Source: a virus
Lineage: Duplodnaviria > Caudoviricetes
Strand: one strand, 5' to 3'
DNA: 33,520 nucleotides
Virus record (IMG/VR): IMGVR_UViG_3300031524_000047
Coordinates: 1 to 33,520 of that record
Shown: positions 18,290 through 26,834 of the stretch, piece after piece
Position numbering within the stretch: the stretch's first letter is position 1
Layout: the number at the start of each line of letters is the position of its first letter
Made by a program: the position numbers and the translations under genes
The notes under the pieces: model-generated
The model's input: only the letters and a program-made list of their open reading frames with translations
Databases searched by the model: none
Told to the model about the DNA's origin: nothing

Positions 18290-19524
18290 TGAACATTCTG
18301 TACACATTGTTGCCGGCGTCGTTTAACGGTATCTCGTTCAACGTACAACAATGTTCGATCAAAACTGGCCGCAGAACCGCGGTACATGAATATCCAAATC
18401 GTGACACAATTTACGTCGAAGACCTCGGCCAAGGCATGACAGCGTATTCTATCACGGGATATCTCGCGTGTAATTACTCATTTGCAGCGTTAACAACTCT
18501 GATTTCAGCAGTTAACAAACCCGGTCCAGGTACATTCATCCATCCGGCGCTTGGCACAAAAACAGCATCATGTGTTTCATTCGAGTCAGAAGAATCTTTC
18601 GACCGAGTTGGCGCAATCTCGTTTCGTGCAGTATTCTTAGAAACAACGGTGTTATTGTATCCGACAACGGTCGCAGACGCAAAACAGAGTCTACTTGATA
18701 AAATCAACAACGTTCGCGCAACGATTGCATCCGTGTTGTCACCAGTACTATCAGTCTACGGCTTCGTACGTTCCGCGATATCTCAGGTGATGCTGTTCAA
18801 AAACGTTGTACAAAGTCTCATAGGTTCAGCATCAGGTATATTCGGTGCAGTTGCATCGTTAGCATCTCCTGACAAATCGACTGACTACGGTTACGTCACA
18901 TCTAAAGCGCAAACGTATTCACAATATACCGACGAAACCTCTGCTTTGCAGGCTTATCAACAATGTTTGCATACTGTCGCTGTAGCAGCATCTGCTATCG
19001 ACCCGACAAATCCAGATACAATAACAGCTTATACTGTGGCGATTAGTGCTACGTTTGTTGACCCAGCATCCGCCGTAATATCTCTCTCAACGTTAGCGCA
19101 ATTCCAATCGACGGCTACGGATATAGTTTCTGTAGCCGTTGCAACAGCATTGCGTAGATCAGCTATTGCGGAACTTGCGGTAGCAGTTAGTGAGTATCGT
19201 GTAGACTCGTGGACAGATGCAACGAATCTGATTGCAACGGTTACACCGATTATTGACACTGAGATTACTCTCGCTGGTGATGCAGGAGACGACCTGTCGT
19301 ATGCTGCTCTAAAACAGTTGCGCGCAACATTAGTTGAAAGCCTCGTGCAACAAGGTTTGGCGGCGCCCGTTGTTAGATATTTGTCAGTTGCTCCGGTCAA
19401 TAGTTCACCGGGGTTAGTTTTAGCATTCCGGTTGTATCGTGATATAAACCGTGTGCAAGACGTATCTCAAACAGCGTATCACCCAGCGTTTACGCAGTAT
19501 CAAAATCCACCGTCGTCTACGTAG
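18289..19524 (+). CDS. DNA circularization protein (Mu gpN-like)
   Basis: ASF.GI.F, GRR..VHEYP.RD..YVEDLG, GPGT.IHP..G, LVLA.RLY.D..R. Confidence 0.92.
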   Translation: MNILYTLLPASFNGISFNVQQCSIKTGRRTAVHEYPNRDTIYVEDLGQGMTAYSITGYLACNYSFAALTTLISAVNKPGPGTFIHPALGTKTASCVSFESEESFDRVGAISFRAVFLETTVLLYPTTVADAKQSLLDKINNVRATIASVLSPVLSVYGFVRSAISQVMLFKNVVQSLIGSASGIFGAVASLASPDKSTDYGYVTSKAQTYSQYTDETSALQAYQQCLHTVAVAASAIDPTNPDTITAYTVAISATFVDPASAVISLSTLAQFQSTATDIVSVAVATALRRSAIAELAVAVSEYRVDSWTDATNLIATVTPIIDTEITLAGDAGDDLSYAALKQLRATLVESLVQQGLAAPVVRYLSVAPVNSSPGLVLAFRLYRDINRVQDVSQTAYHPAFTQYQNPPSST

Positions 19525-19545
19525 TTCCAACGCACGAGACTATAT
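19524..19545 (+). promoter_or_regulatory. Putative phage late promoter (before baseplate genes)
   Basis: GTTCCAAC-GCACGAGA-CTATAT; ATG 19551 lies 5 nt downstream. Confidence 0.7.
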
Positions 19546-19573
19546 TATTCATGAGAGTGAGAGTAATTTTTTA

Positions 19574-21043
19574 ATGGCGATGGACGCAATTGATACGGCG
19601 ACGTTTAACTACTCAGTTGCGCAAGGTGATACTGCAACGGCGCAATCAGTTCTGAATAGAAATTCTACGCCGCCTCAAAACAATTCGAATACGTCAACGC
19701 CAAGCAGCACAGCTACAACGGATAATTCTAATTCAAATTCTAATCAACCGAATACTCCGCCGAAGAAATTTGATAACACTGTTACGTTGACCGTTGGTAA
19801 CACGTCGTACACAGGCTGGACATCAGTGCAAGTGTCACGATCTCTGGAATCATTTCCGAGTGTTTTTGCGTTTTCTGCTTCGGAAAAATATCCTGGCGGA
19901 CAGTTTCCGAAGATAGCACCGGGTGCTAATTGTTCGATTTATTTCGGAAAAGACTTGGTGTTGTCCGGGAAAATTGATTCGTATAATCCGAGTTTCAATT
20001 CGCATTCTCACAACGTATCTATAGTTGGCCGTGGTTTATGCTCACGATTAGTCGATTGTGCAAGCGATCTCCGTAATCAGATGTTTCAGATTCAAGCACA
20101 GACGTTGTCGCGATTTATACTACCGTTGATCGCGCCGTTTGGTATCTCGTTGTTGCAACCAACCGGTGACGTTACTATTGATGCAATCGCGGTGCAAGTC
20201 AAACTCGGTGATACGCCGTGGGCGCATATATCGGAAGCCGCGCAATATGCCGGGATGCTCGTTTACGAATCACCGGACGGCAAAGTTATTATGTCAAAAA
20301 TCGGCACGACAACTCACAAATCCGGCGTAAAAGAAACTGTAAACGTCGAAGAAGCAGCGGCTATCTTCGATATTTCACAACGATTTTCGCATTATTATTA
20401 TCTCAATATGGATATGCCAGCGCAAATTGTCGGTGGTGGATATGCACCGGTTGATCCGTCACAAGTTGTCGTAGATCATGCATTTGATGCAGGTGGCTCG
20501 TGTAATCCGACTGATGTTCCGGCGCAGCCAGGTACAACAACATATCGTCCGCGATGGTTAGTTGCCGACAGCCGCATTACTCCAAAAGGTATTGATATCG
20601 TAATGTTGCGCGCAAAATGGGAAGCCGCGCGGCGGGCAGGGCGCTCACAATCTATACACGTGTTAACTGATTCCTGGCGAGACATAACCGGCAAACTGTG
20701 GGAAATCAATACATTGATCCCAGTTTCGATTCCAACGCTGCACGTGACAAACGTAAACTGGGTTATTGCGGACGTTGAGTTTATTTTTGATGATCACGGA
20801 ACACACGCTAATCTAGTGTTGATGCCGCCAGCCGCGTTGATGCCGGAACCAACAGATTTGTATCAGCTAACACAAGCAGATCGGGCGGTTATATTTCCAA
20901 GTCATTTCCCAACTGCGCCGGGCGCCGCCGCTACACCAACACCTGTAACTGCTTCAACACCAGCTTCAACTCCTGCTTCAACATCAACATCAACATCAAC
21001 ATCAACATCAACATCAACATCAACATCAACATCAACGAAATAA
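19574..21043 (+). CDS. Baseplate hub protein (Mu gpP/gp44-like) with low-complexity termini
   Basis: Y.GWTSV.V.RS.E, G.ID, GR....LVDC, RFS.Y, RA.WE..RR.GRS, WRD..G.LW..N. Confidence 0.9.
   Translation: MAMDAIDTATFNYSVAQGDTATAQSVLNRNSTPPQNNSNTSTPSSTATTDNSNSNSNQPNTPPKKFDNTVTLTVGNTSYTGWTSVQVSRSLESFPSVFAFSASEKYPGGQFPKIAPGANCSIYFGKDLVLSGKIDSYNPSFNSHSHNVSIVGRGLCSRLVDCASDLRNQMFQIQAQTLSRFILPLIAPFGISLLQPTGDVTIDAIAVQVKLGDTPWAHISEAAQYAGMLVYESPDGKVIMSKIGTTTHKSGVKETVNVEEAAAIFDISQRFSHYYYLNMDMPAQIVGGGYAPVDPSQVVVDHAFDAGGSCNPTDVPAQPGTTTYRPRWLVADSRITPKGIDIVMLRAKWEAARRAGRSQSIHVLTDSWRDITGKLWEINTLIPVSIPTLHVTNVNWVIADVEFIFDDHGTHANLVLMPPAALMPEPTDLYQLTQADRAVIFPSHFPTAPGAAATPTPVTASTPASTPASTSTSTSTSTSTSTSTSTSTK
20978..21036 (+). 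repeat. (TCAACA)n microsatellite, ~10 units, encoding (Ser-Thr)n
   Basis: Perfect hexamer run at the 3' end of the hub gene. Confidence 0.95.
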
Positions 21044-21050
21044 CAACTAG

Positions 21051-21530
21051 ATGATTTCGCAAGGCAATCTCACGCTCATCGACGATACCGGAAAAGTGCA
21101 ACTCGTACAGATTCAGTCGTCCGGCGTGCAGTTACACAGTGATATTCCAGTGTTGATGCACTACGGTTTTTCAAGCAATCCGCACCCCGGCGCGCAAGCT
21201 GTTTTCGCGACCGTTGGTGATAATCGTCAAAACAGTGTTGTTGTTGCTGTCGGTGATACTCGTTATCGTATTGCGCAAACGGCTGGTGAAGTGTGTATTC
21301 ACGACGATCTCGGGCAGCAAGTCCGTTTAACACGTGGTGGTATCGTCATTAACGCAGGTTCAAATCCGCTAACTATCAATGCTTCCGGTGGATGCATTGT
21401 CAACGGATCAATGACAATGACCGGAACGCTTACAGCAACTAATATTTTCGCTGGTAGTGTTGATCTATTGAATCACGTGCATAACGGCGTGCAATTAGGG
21501 GCAGCAAACACGGGTGGTCCACATGGTTGA
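21051..21530 (+). CDS. Baseplate spike protein (Mu gp45/gpV-like)
   Basis: YGFSSNP..GA, D.RYR, GEV.I.DD.GQ, C-terminal H.H metal motif (NHVHNGV). Confidence 0.92.
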   Translation: MISQGNLTLIDDTGKVQLVQIQSSGVQLHSDIPVLMHYGFSSNPHPGAQAVFATVGDNRQNSVVVAVGDTRYRIAQTAGEVCIHDDLGQQVRLTRGGIVINAGSNPLTINASGGCIVNGSMTMTGTLTATNIFAGSVDLLNHVHNGVQLGAANTGGPHG

Positions 21531-21942
21531 TCTCGCAATTGATTTGTTATCTGACACAATTGACGGCGATCTCGCGTGGAACACTCTCGGTGATGATCTC
21601 GCAACTGCTACAGATGATCTCGTAACTAACGTTCTTGTTAGTATTTTCACATGGCGTACATCAAACTACGATGATCGCGGTGGCTATTGGAACGACTGCT
21701 TAGAAGATATTCCGATCGGTTCCAGACTCAGAGAACTATATCGTAATAAGAAACTCCCGCAGACGCTTGGTTTAGCTCAGGCTTATGTCACAGAATCACT
21801 GCAATGGTTGATCTCTGACGGTCTAGTCAAAAGCTTTACTGTTACAACGTTTTGGTTCAACGTGAACTGGCTAGCAATTGAGATTACTGTAACTAAACTC
21901 GACGGAACATTACTTCCGATCAATATTACATCGAAGTTGTAA
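21523..21942 (+). CDS. Baseplate protein (Mu gp46-like)
   Basis: L...V.VSIFTWR, GYW.D, IGSRL, A..Y..E.LQWL..DG. Confidence 0.9.
   Translation: MVDLAIDLLSDTIDGDLAWNTLGDDLATATDDLVTNVLVSIFTWRTSNYDDRGGYWNDCLEDIPIGSRLRELYRNKKLPQTLGLAQAYVTESLQWLISDGLVKSFTVTTFWFNVNWLAIEITVTKLDGTLLPINITSKL
21719..21741 (+). promoter_or_regulatory. Intragenic copy of the late-promoter motif
   Basis: GTTCCAGA-CTCAGAGAA-CTATAT, ~200 bp upstream of baseplate J. Confidence 0.45.
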
Positions 21943-21947
21943 ACAAA

Positions 21948-23048
21948 ATGGCATGGCTCCGCCCGACATTAACCGCGCTAAAGCAGCAAATCATAAACGA
22001 TATTCAAGCGCAGTTGCCCAGTGGTTCTGTGCTCAGTCGTTTCAATATTCTACGAATACTCGGAACAGCGTTAGCCGGATTATCGTATCATCAACACGGC
22101 CATATTGACAACGCTGCACAACAAGCAGTACCGTTTACTGCAACCGGGACAGCGTTAGTCGCTTGGGCAAATTTCCGGGGATTATCACGCAACTATAGTA
22201 GCGCAGCAGTCGGAACATGTAGCGCAAAAAATGGTACGATCGGAAGCGTTTTGCCGATCGGAACATTGTTAAATCTGGGCGACGGCACACAATACTCAAC
22301 GACCGCCGCTGCAACTGTAGACAGCGTTGGAAATATCAGTGTGCCGATTATCGCGACTGCGTTCGGAGCAAACGGCAATCAATCGTACGGTGTAGCGTTG
22401 TCGCTAGCATCTCCGATCGTCGGTATACCAACGTCGTTTACAGCGTCTGCTATCACTGGCGGCGCAGATGACGAGTCTGATAATAGTCTGCGTAGCCGGA
22501 TGCTAGCTGCGTTTGCTGCGCCCGCACAGGCTGGGAATACCACTGATTACGGCGCCTGGGCGTTGGCGGCGGATGTCGGCGTAACGCGCGCATGGACCGT
22601 TCTGAGCGGCACGGGACAAGTGACGGTGTATGTGATGTTCGACGGCACCTACGGTTTTCCAACCGGCACCATGGGCACGGCAGCGCTAGAATCTCGCGGT
22701 GCGGGTGCGGCAACTGGTGATCTGTTGCTAGTCGCAAATTACGTCTATCCATTGCGACCGGTGACTGCACTCGTTTATCTCAGTGCTCCGATACCGTTTC
22801 CGATCAACATTTCGATCCAAGGTCTCGGATCAACGTCAAGCACGTATTCTGCTGCTATATCCGCTGCTATCTCAAATATGCTGCTAGTGTCTGGTGATCC
22901 GCTACGGACGTCGTTGTATCAATCACAATTTGAAGAAGCGATTGCATCCGTTCCTGGTATCGGAAATTTTAATCTACTTTCTCCGAATGCAACAATAACT
23001 CCTGCGCTGGGCTATCTTCCAACACTCGGCACAGTGAATTTTTCGTAA
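21948..23048 (+). CDS. Baseplate J / Mu gp47-like wedge protein
   Basis: RPTL..L, GGAD.E.D..LR.R, G...DY..WA, GV.RAW, RPVTA. Confidence 0.93.
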   Translation: MAWLRPTLTALKQQIINDIQAQLPSGSVLSRFNILRILGTALAGLSYHQHGHIDNAAQQAVPFTATGTALVAWANFRGLSRNYSSAAVGTCSAKNGTIGSVLPIGTLLNLGDGTQYSTTAAATVDSVGNISVPIIATAFGANGNQSYGVALSLASPIVGIPTSFTASAITGGADDESDNSLRSRMLAAFAAPAQAGNTTDYGAWALAADVGVTRAWTVLSGTGQVTVYVMFDGTYGFPTGTMGTAALESRGAGAATGDLLLVANYVYPLRPVTALVYLSAPIPFPINISIQGLGSTSSTYSAAISAAISNMLLVSGDPLRTSLYQSQFEEAIASVPGIGNFNLLSPNATITPALGYLPTLGTVNFS

Positions 23049-23049
23049 T

Positions 23050-23688
23050 ATGACAGCAACAAATTCTCCGCTTGATAACACTCCGAACGGTATTTTCGCT
23101 GTTTCTGATTTTACGTCTGCGTTGTTAGCGTTGTTACCACGCGGTGAAATCTGGAAAAAAATATCAGGAAGTGTTCTTTCGACAGTTTGCACGGCATTCG
23201 CAGGAGTTTTTGTCAGAGTTAATCAACGATCACAGGACTTGATCAACGAAAGCCCCCCGGTGGGCAATACAACCGAGTTACTAACGGAGTGGGAACAAAC
23301 ACTCAGTTTACCTGATTCGTGTGGATTCAATTTAGGCACGACGCTACAACAACGTCGTCAAGCGGTTAAAGCAAAGCTGTTGTTAAATCCCGGATCATGT
23401 TCTGTTCCGTATTATATAAACTATCTCAGTGCGGTCGGTTTAACTGCAACTATAACCGAGTTCACATCGTTTCAGATCGGATCGTCAAGAATCGGGCAAC
23501 CGTTGAATGATCCGTCTTGGTGTCACGCTTGGCAAATCAATATGCCGCTAGATACTACACCAGTGTTTTTTAGTGCTGGACAATCATCTGCCGGTGATCC
23601 GCTGCAGTCGTGGGGCAATCCTGGCGTGCTTTGTATTATACAAAAAATCAAACCAGCGCATACAGTTGTGCTAGCGAGTTTCAGCTAA
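23050..23688 (+). CDS. Baseplate protein YmfQ/DUF2313 (Mu gp48-like)
   Basis: LLPRG..W, LL.EWE..L.LPD.C, ITEF, C.....KPAHT. Confidence 0.92.
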   Translation: MTATNSPLDNTPNGIFAVSDFTSALLALLPRGEIWKKISGSVLSTVCTAFAGVFVRVNQRSQDLINESPPVGNTTELLTEWEQTLSLPDSCGFNLGTTLQQRRQAVKAKLLLNPGSCSVPYYINYLSAVGLTATITEFTSFQIGSSRIGQPLNDPSWCHAWQINMPLDTTPVFFSAGQSSAGDPLQSWGNPGVLCIIQKIKPAHTVVLASFS

Positions 23689-24650
23689 TGTTTCAAATTG
23701 ATAATTCCAACGGTAACACAATCGCATCGTCGATGCCAACGCTATCAGCAGCCGCGACGGCGGGATGGTTCTCAAACGGTAACCCAACGATCGGTATACA
23801 AGCGACGGTTCTGACACAAGATTTTATGAATCAGTTACAAGCGGAACTTCTAGCTGTTCTAACAGCGGGTGGTATTACGCCGTCGAAAACTGTTAATAAT
23901 CAGTTGCAACAGAGCATTGCAGCACAAATCGGTCAAAGTTCGGGTATGCTCTACGGTCTACAGCTATCAAACGACGCCGGAACACCGAACACAAAAGTTG
24001 ATATTTCAATCGGCGCGGCATCTGCTAGAGAAATCGGAACCGGAGTTATCAACGTTACATCACCGTTGATACTCGATTGCACGACCGTTGGTGCAAATGG
24101 CTTAGACACCGGATCACTAGCAGCATCAACGTGTTATCATGTTTTTGCTATCGGAAAACCGGGATCAACCGCAGCGTTTGCGTCAACGAGTTTAACACCA
24201 ACGTTGCCAGCTACATATACGCAAGCTCGCAGAATCGGATCAGTGATCACTGATAGTTCTAGTCACATTCTCGGATTTTCGCAGTTTGGTGATGAATTTT
24301 TGTTAAACTCTCCGGTCAATAACGTCACTACATCAGCGCTCGGAACAACAGCAACAACATATACGCTAACAGTTCCGGTGGGCGTACGGGTTAATGCTCT
24401 AATTAGAGCGTCCGGATCAGCAGCCGCTCTATGGATGCTGTTATTAACTCCGATGGATGTTGCAGCAGAAGTTCCAAATACACCGACTGGCAACGTGTCT
24501 TTGACGGGACCAACGTCGGTTACAAGCGCTAGTAATTTTAATATACGAACTAATACATCTGCACAAATCCGCGCTGTCTCTAGTGTTGCATCAACGTCAA
24601 TGTATGTCACTACGTACGGTTGGCAAGACACACGCGGGCGCGTAGCGTAA
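23688..24650 (+). CDS. Tail fibre protein 1
   Basis: MFQID...GWF..GNP....AT.....N..Q.EL..V....G N-terminal anchor; GLDTG....T.YHVF, RRIG. Confidence 0.85.
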   Translation: MFQIDNSNGNTIASSMPTLSAAATAGWFSNGNPTIGIQATVLTQDFMNQLQAELLAVLTAGGITPSKTVNNQLQQSIAAQIGQSSGMLYGLQLSNDAGTPNTKVDISIGAASAREIGTGVINVTSPLILDCTTVGANGLDTGSLAASTCYHVFAIGKPGSTAAFASTSLTPTLPATYTQARRIGSVITDSSSHILGFSQFGDEFLLNSPVNNVTTSALGTTATTYTLTVPVGVRVNALIRASGSAAALWMLLLTPMDVAAEVPNTPTGNVSLTGPTSVTSASNFNIRTNTSAQIRAVSSVASTSMYVTTYGWQDTRGRVA

Positions 24651-24664
24651 GGAAATAAACAACA

Positions 24665-25330
24665 ATGTTTCAAATTGATACACCAACTGCTGTTCCGAGT
24701 ATGCCGGCGCTCAATGTTGCAGCAACACCAGGATGGTTCACGTCCGGCAATCCCACCTCGGCGCAACCGGCGACCGTTGTTAGTGCTGACTGGCTTAATC
24801 AGTTACAGTCAGAATTACTCGCGATACTAACGGCAGGCGGTGTTACACAGTCGAAAACCGTATTAAATCAGTTACAAACCGCAATCTATAATCAGATTCC
24901 AAAGCCGTCAACTACAGCCCCGCTGATGAATAATGCGGCTGCGACCGGCACATCAACGTTGTTCTCTCGCCAAGATCACGTGCATCCCGTGGACACCTCG
25001 CGTTGCGCCGCCTTGTCGGCTCCGCAATCTAACAGCAACGGTTGGTATATGTCGTTTCCGAACGGATTTATAATTCAAGGTGGGTGTCTCAGTGATGGTT
25101 CCGGATGGTCGAATCATTATTTTCCGATCGCATTCCCGACCGTTTGTGCGTCTGTGCAAATTAACGAAGGAGCGGTAAACTGGGGCGGATGGAACGGCGG
25201 ATTGAGTCCCACTATTCACGGATCAGCAAACCAAGGACGTCTTTATTTTCTTCGAGGTTCATCTGGTTGGAACGGTAGTTCTTGGAATCTCGGAAATTTC
25301 ACTTATTCATGGACCGCGTTTGGTTGGTAA
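24665..25330 (+). CDS. Tail fibre protein 2 (gp53-like C-terminus)
   Basis: Same MFQID..GWF..GNP anchor; SRQDHVHP; NGW...PNG.IIQ.G...FPIAFP...W.A.G. Confidence 0.85.
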   Translation: MFQIDTPTAVPSMPALNVAATPGWFTSGNPTSAQPATVVSADWLNQLQSELLAILTAGGVTQSKTVLNQLQTAIYNQIPKPSTTAPLMNNAAATGTSTLFSRQDHVHPVDTSRCAALSAPQSNSNGWYMSFPNGFIIQGGCLSDGSGWSNHYFPIAFPTVCASVQINEGAVNWGGWNGGLSPTIHGSANQGRLYFLRGSSGWNGSSWNLGNFTYSWTAFGW

Positions 25331-25364
25331 TAATTAAAAAGTAAACCCTTCAGGTATTTGAAAA

Positions 25365-25796
25365 ATGGACAACACAGGCGTTAAGTATTATTCACCATCA
25401 GACAACAGTTTTTACCCAGACGAGTTACGCCAACTCTATGAGTCAGCCGGAACATGGCCGGCTGACGGTGTTGTAGTTACGTTAGACGTGTGGATTACGT
25501 TCACTGGCAATCCTCCGAACGGGTTTGTACGCGGCAACATCAACGGACAACCGGGTTGGGTAGCGCTGCCAGCGCCCGTGTTACCGACATCATGGACCGT
25601 TTCTGCACAATTGCTACGGACGCGCCTTCAGGCAGTAAATCTCTGGACACAAGCGGCAACAGCATTGATGTCAAATCCGGCGTTGATGCTCGAAGTTTTA
25701 ACGTTGTCGGACGGGGTGTCAAATACCGATCGCGACGTTATTACAATGCTCAACGCCATCGGCGCAGACCCTGCAGTTATTCTCGCACGTCCGTAA
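25365..25796 (+). CDS. Tail fibre assembly chaperone-like protein
   Basis: YYSPS.N.FYP..L...Y..AG.WP.D.V, G.P.WV. Confidence 0.8.
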   Translation: MDNTGVKYYSPSDNSFYPDELRQLYESAGTWPADGVVVTLDVWITFTGNPPNGFVRGNINGQPGWVALPAPVLPTSWTVSAQLLRTRLQAVNLWTQAATALMSNPALMLEVLTLSDGVSNTDRDVITMLNAIGADPAVILARP

Positions 25797-25802
25797 TCCG
25801 CA

Positions 25803-26195
25803 ATGAGTAACATCGTCACGATAATCAACAACAAACGTCAGGTGATCGTTGACGCATATAATAACAACACAATTGTTGTTTCAGACACTAAACGCAATAT
25901 TTTTGCTGTAAAATCTCAACAAACACTTTCACAGAGTTTCGACGTAAAATCCCCGAGTGACAGCGATATCTACAGCGTCGATTTTAGCGATTGGCTCAGC
26001 GTTGATACAATCGTTAGTGCAACCGTCGCAGCAAATCCATCGGGGTTAATTATTGGAACACCTGTTGTTGCGAACAATTGTGTGACAGTTCTGTTGAGCG
26101 GCGGTTCCAGTCCCGTTGAGTATATTGTTACATATACAGTTGTAACAGCGTCGGAACAGAACGTTGTGCAAACCGTAATTTTACCCGTTGGATAA
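25803..26195 (+). CDS. Fibre-tail adaptor-like Ig-fold protein (copy 1)
   Basis: K.P.D...Y.VDF..WL..DTI.SA.V...V.LSGG....Y.V. Confidence 0.7.
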   Translation: MSNIVTIINNKRQVIVDAYNNNTIVVSDTKRNIFAVKSQQTLSQSFDVKSPSDSDIYSVDFSDWLSVDTIVSATVAANPSGLIIGTPVVANNCVTVLLSGGSSPVEYIVTYTVVTASEQNVVQTVILPVG

Positions 26196-26297
26196 TATAA
26201 CAAAAATGACATGCAACGATTATTTCGACGCAAAATCTCCGAGTGACAGCGATATCTACAGCGTCGATTTTAGCGATTGGCTCAGCGTTGATACAAT
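25953..26297 (+). repeat. 59-bp perfect direct repeat (25953-26011 and 26239-26297) in paralogous adaptor genes
   Basis: CCGAGTGACAGCGATATC...GTTGATACAAT identical in both copies; flanks diverged. Confidence 0.93.
26104..26125 (+). promoter_or_regulatory. Intragenic variant of the late-promoter motif
   Basis: GTTCCAGT-CCCGTTGA-GTATAT, 80 bp before ATG 26206. Confidence 0.4.
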
Positions 26298-26832
26298 AAC
26301 AAGTGCAACAGTTACAGCGAATCCTTCGGGATTAACTGTTGGGACGCCTGTTGTTGCGAACGGTTTAGTAGCAGTTGAGATAAGCAATGGCGCTGACGGG
26401 ACGCAGTATATTGTCACATACGCTATAACAACGCTCACGGGACGCTCAATACAACGGTCTGTTAATCTACCCGTTGTTAATACATCTGATACTGCATATA
26501 ATCTAGCAACAGTCGCCGCCGGAACGTATAACACAATTACAGTAAACTCGGCGGGTATTGTCACTGCGGCGTTTGTTGACACGTCAGGTAATTCTGCTGC
26601 AATCGCCGCTGAAACAACGCGGGCGGAACTCACTGAAATCATTAATCTAACCGGCGCGACACCGTATTCGTATTCAACGGTTGGTAACGTTATTACTGAG
26701 ATTATCAACGGTGTTACTGTTACAACAACGCTGAACAGTAACACTATCGTAGCAGTATACGGTAGCCCTATTAATCAAACATGGACAACTACTATTTCGG
26801 GTGCGTCTATTACAACAGTCAGGACTAGTTAA
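26206..26832 (+). CDS. Fibre-tail adaptor-like protein (copy 2) with C-terminal extension
   Basis: Paralogous domain plus AGTY..ITV...G.VTAA and I.AET.RA fibre motifs. Confidence 0.7.
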   Translation: MTCNDYFDAKSPSDSDIYSVDFSDWLSVDTITSATVTANPSGLTVGTPVVANGLVAVEISNGADGTQYIVTYAITTLTGRSIQRSVNLPVVNTSDTAYNLATVAAGTYNTITVNSAGIVTAAFVDTSGNSAAIAAETTRAELTEIINLTGATPYSYSTVGNVITEIINGVTVTTTLNSNTIVAVYGSPINQTWTTTISGASITTVRTS

Positions 26833-26834
26833 TT

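Noticed and set aside
23404-23426. GTTCCGTA-N9-CTATCT as a further motif copy
   Set aside because: Mismatch in both hexamers and intragenic; could be chance
23688-25796. Invertible tail-fibre (Gin/Cin-type) cassette
   Set aside because: All genes are on the same strand; no invertase or flanking inverted repeats seen
25937-26360. Possible DGR template/variable repeat pair
   Set aside because: Mismatches are not confined to adenines of one copy, many are synonymous, both copies are coding, and there is no reverse transcriptase in the window
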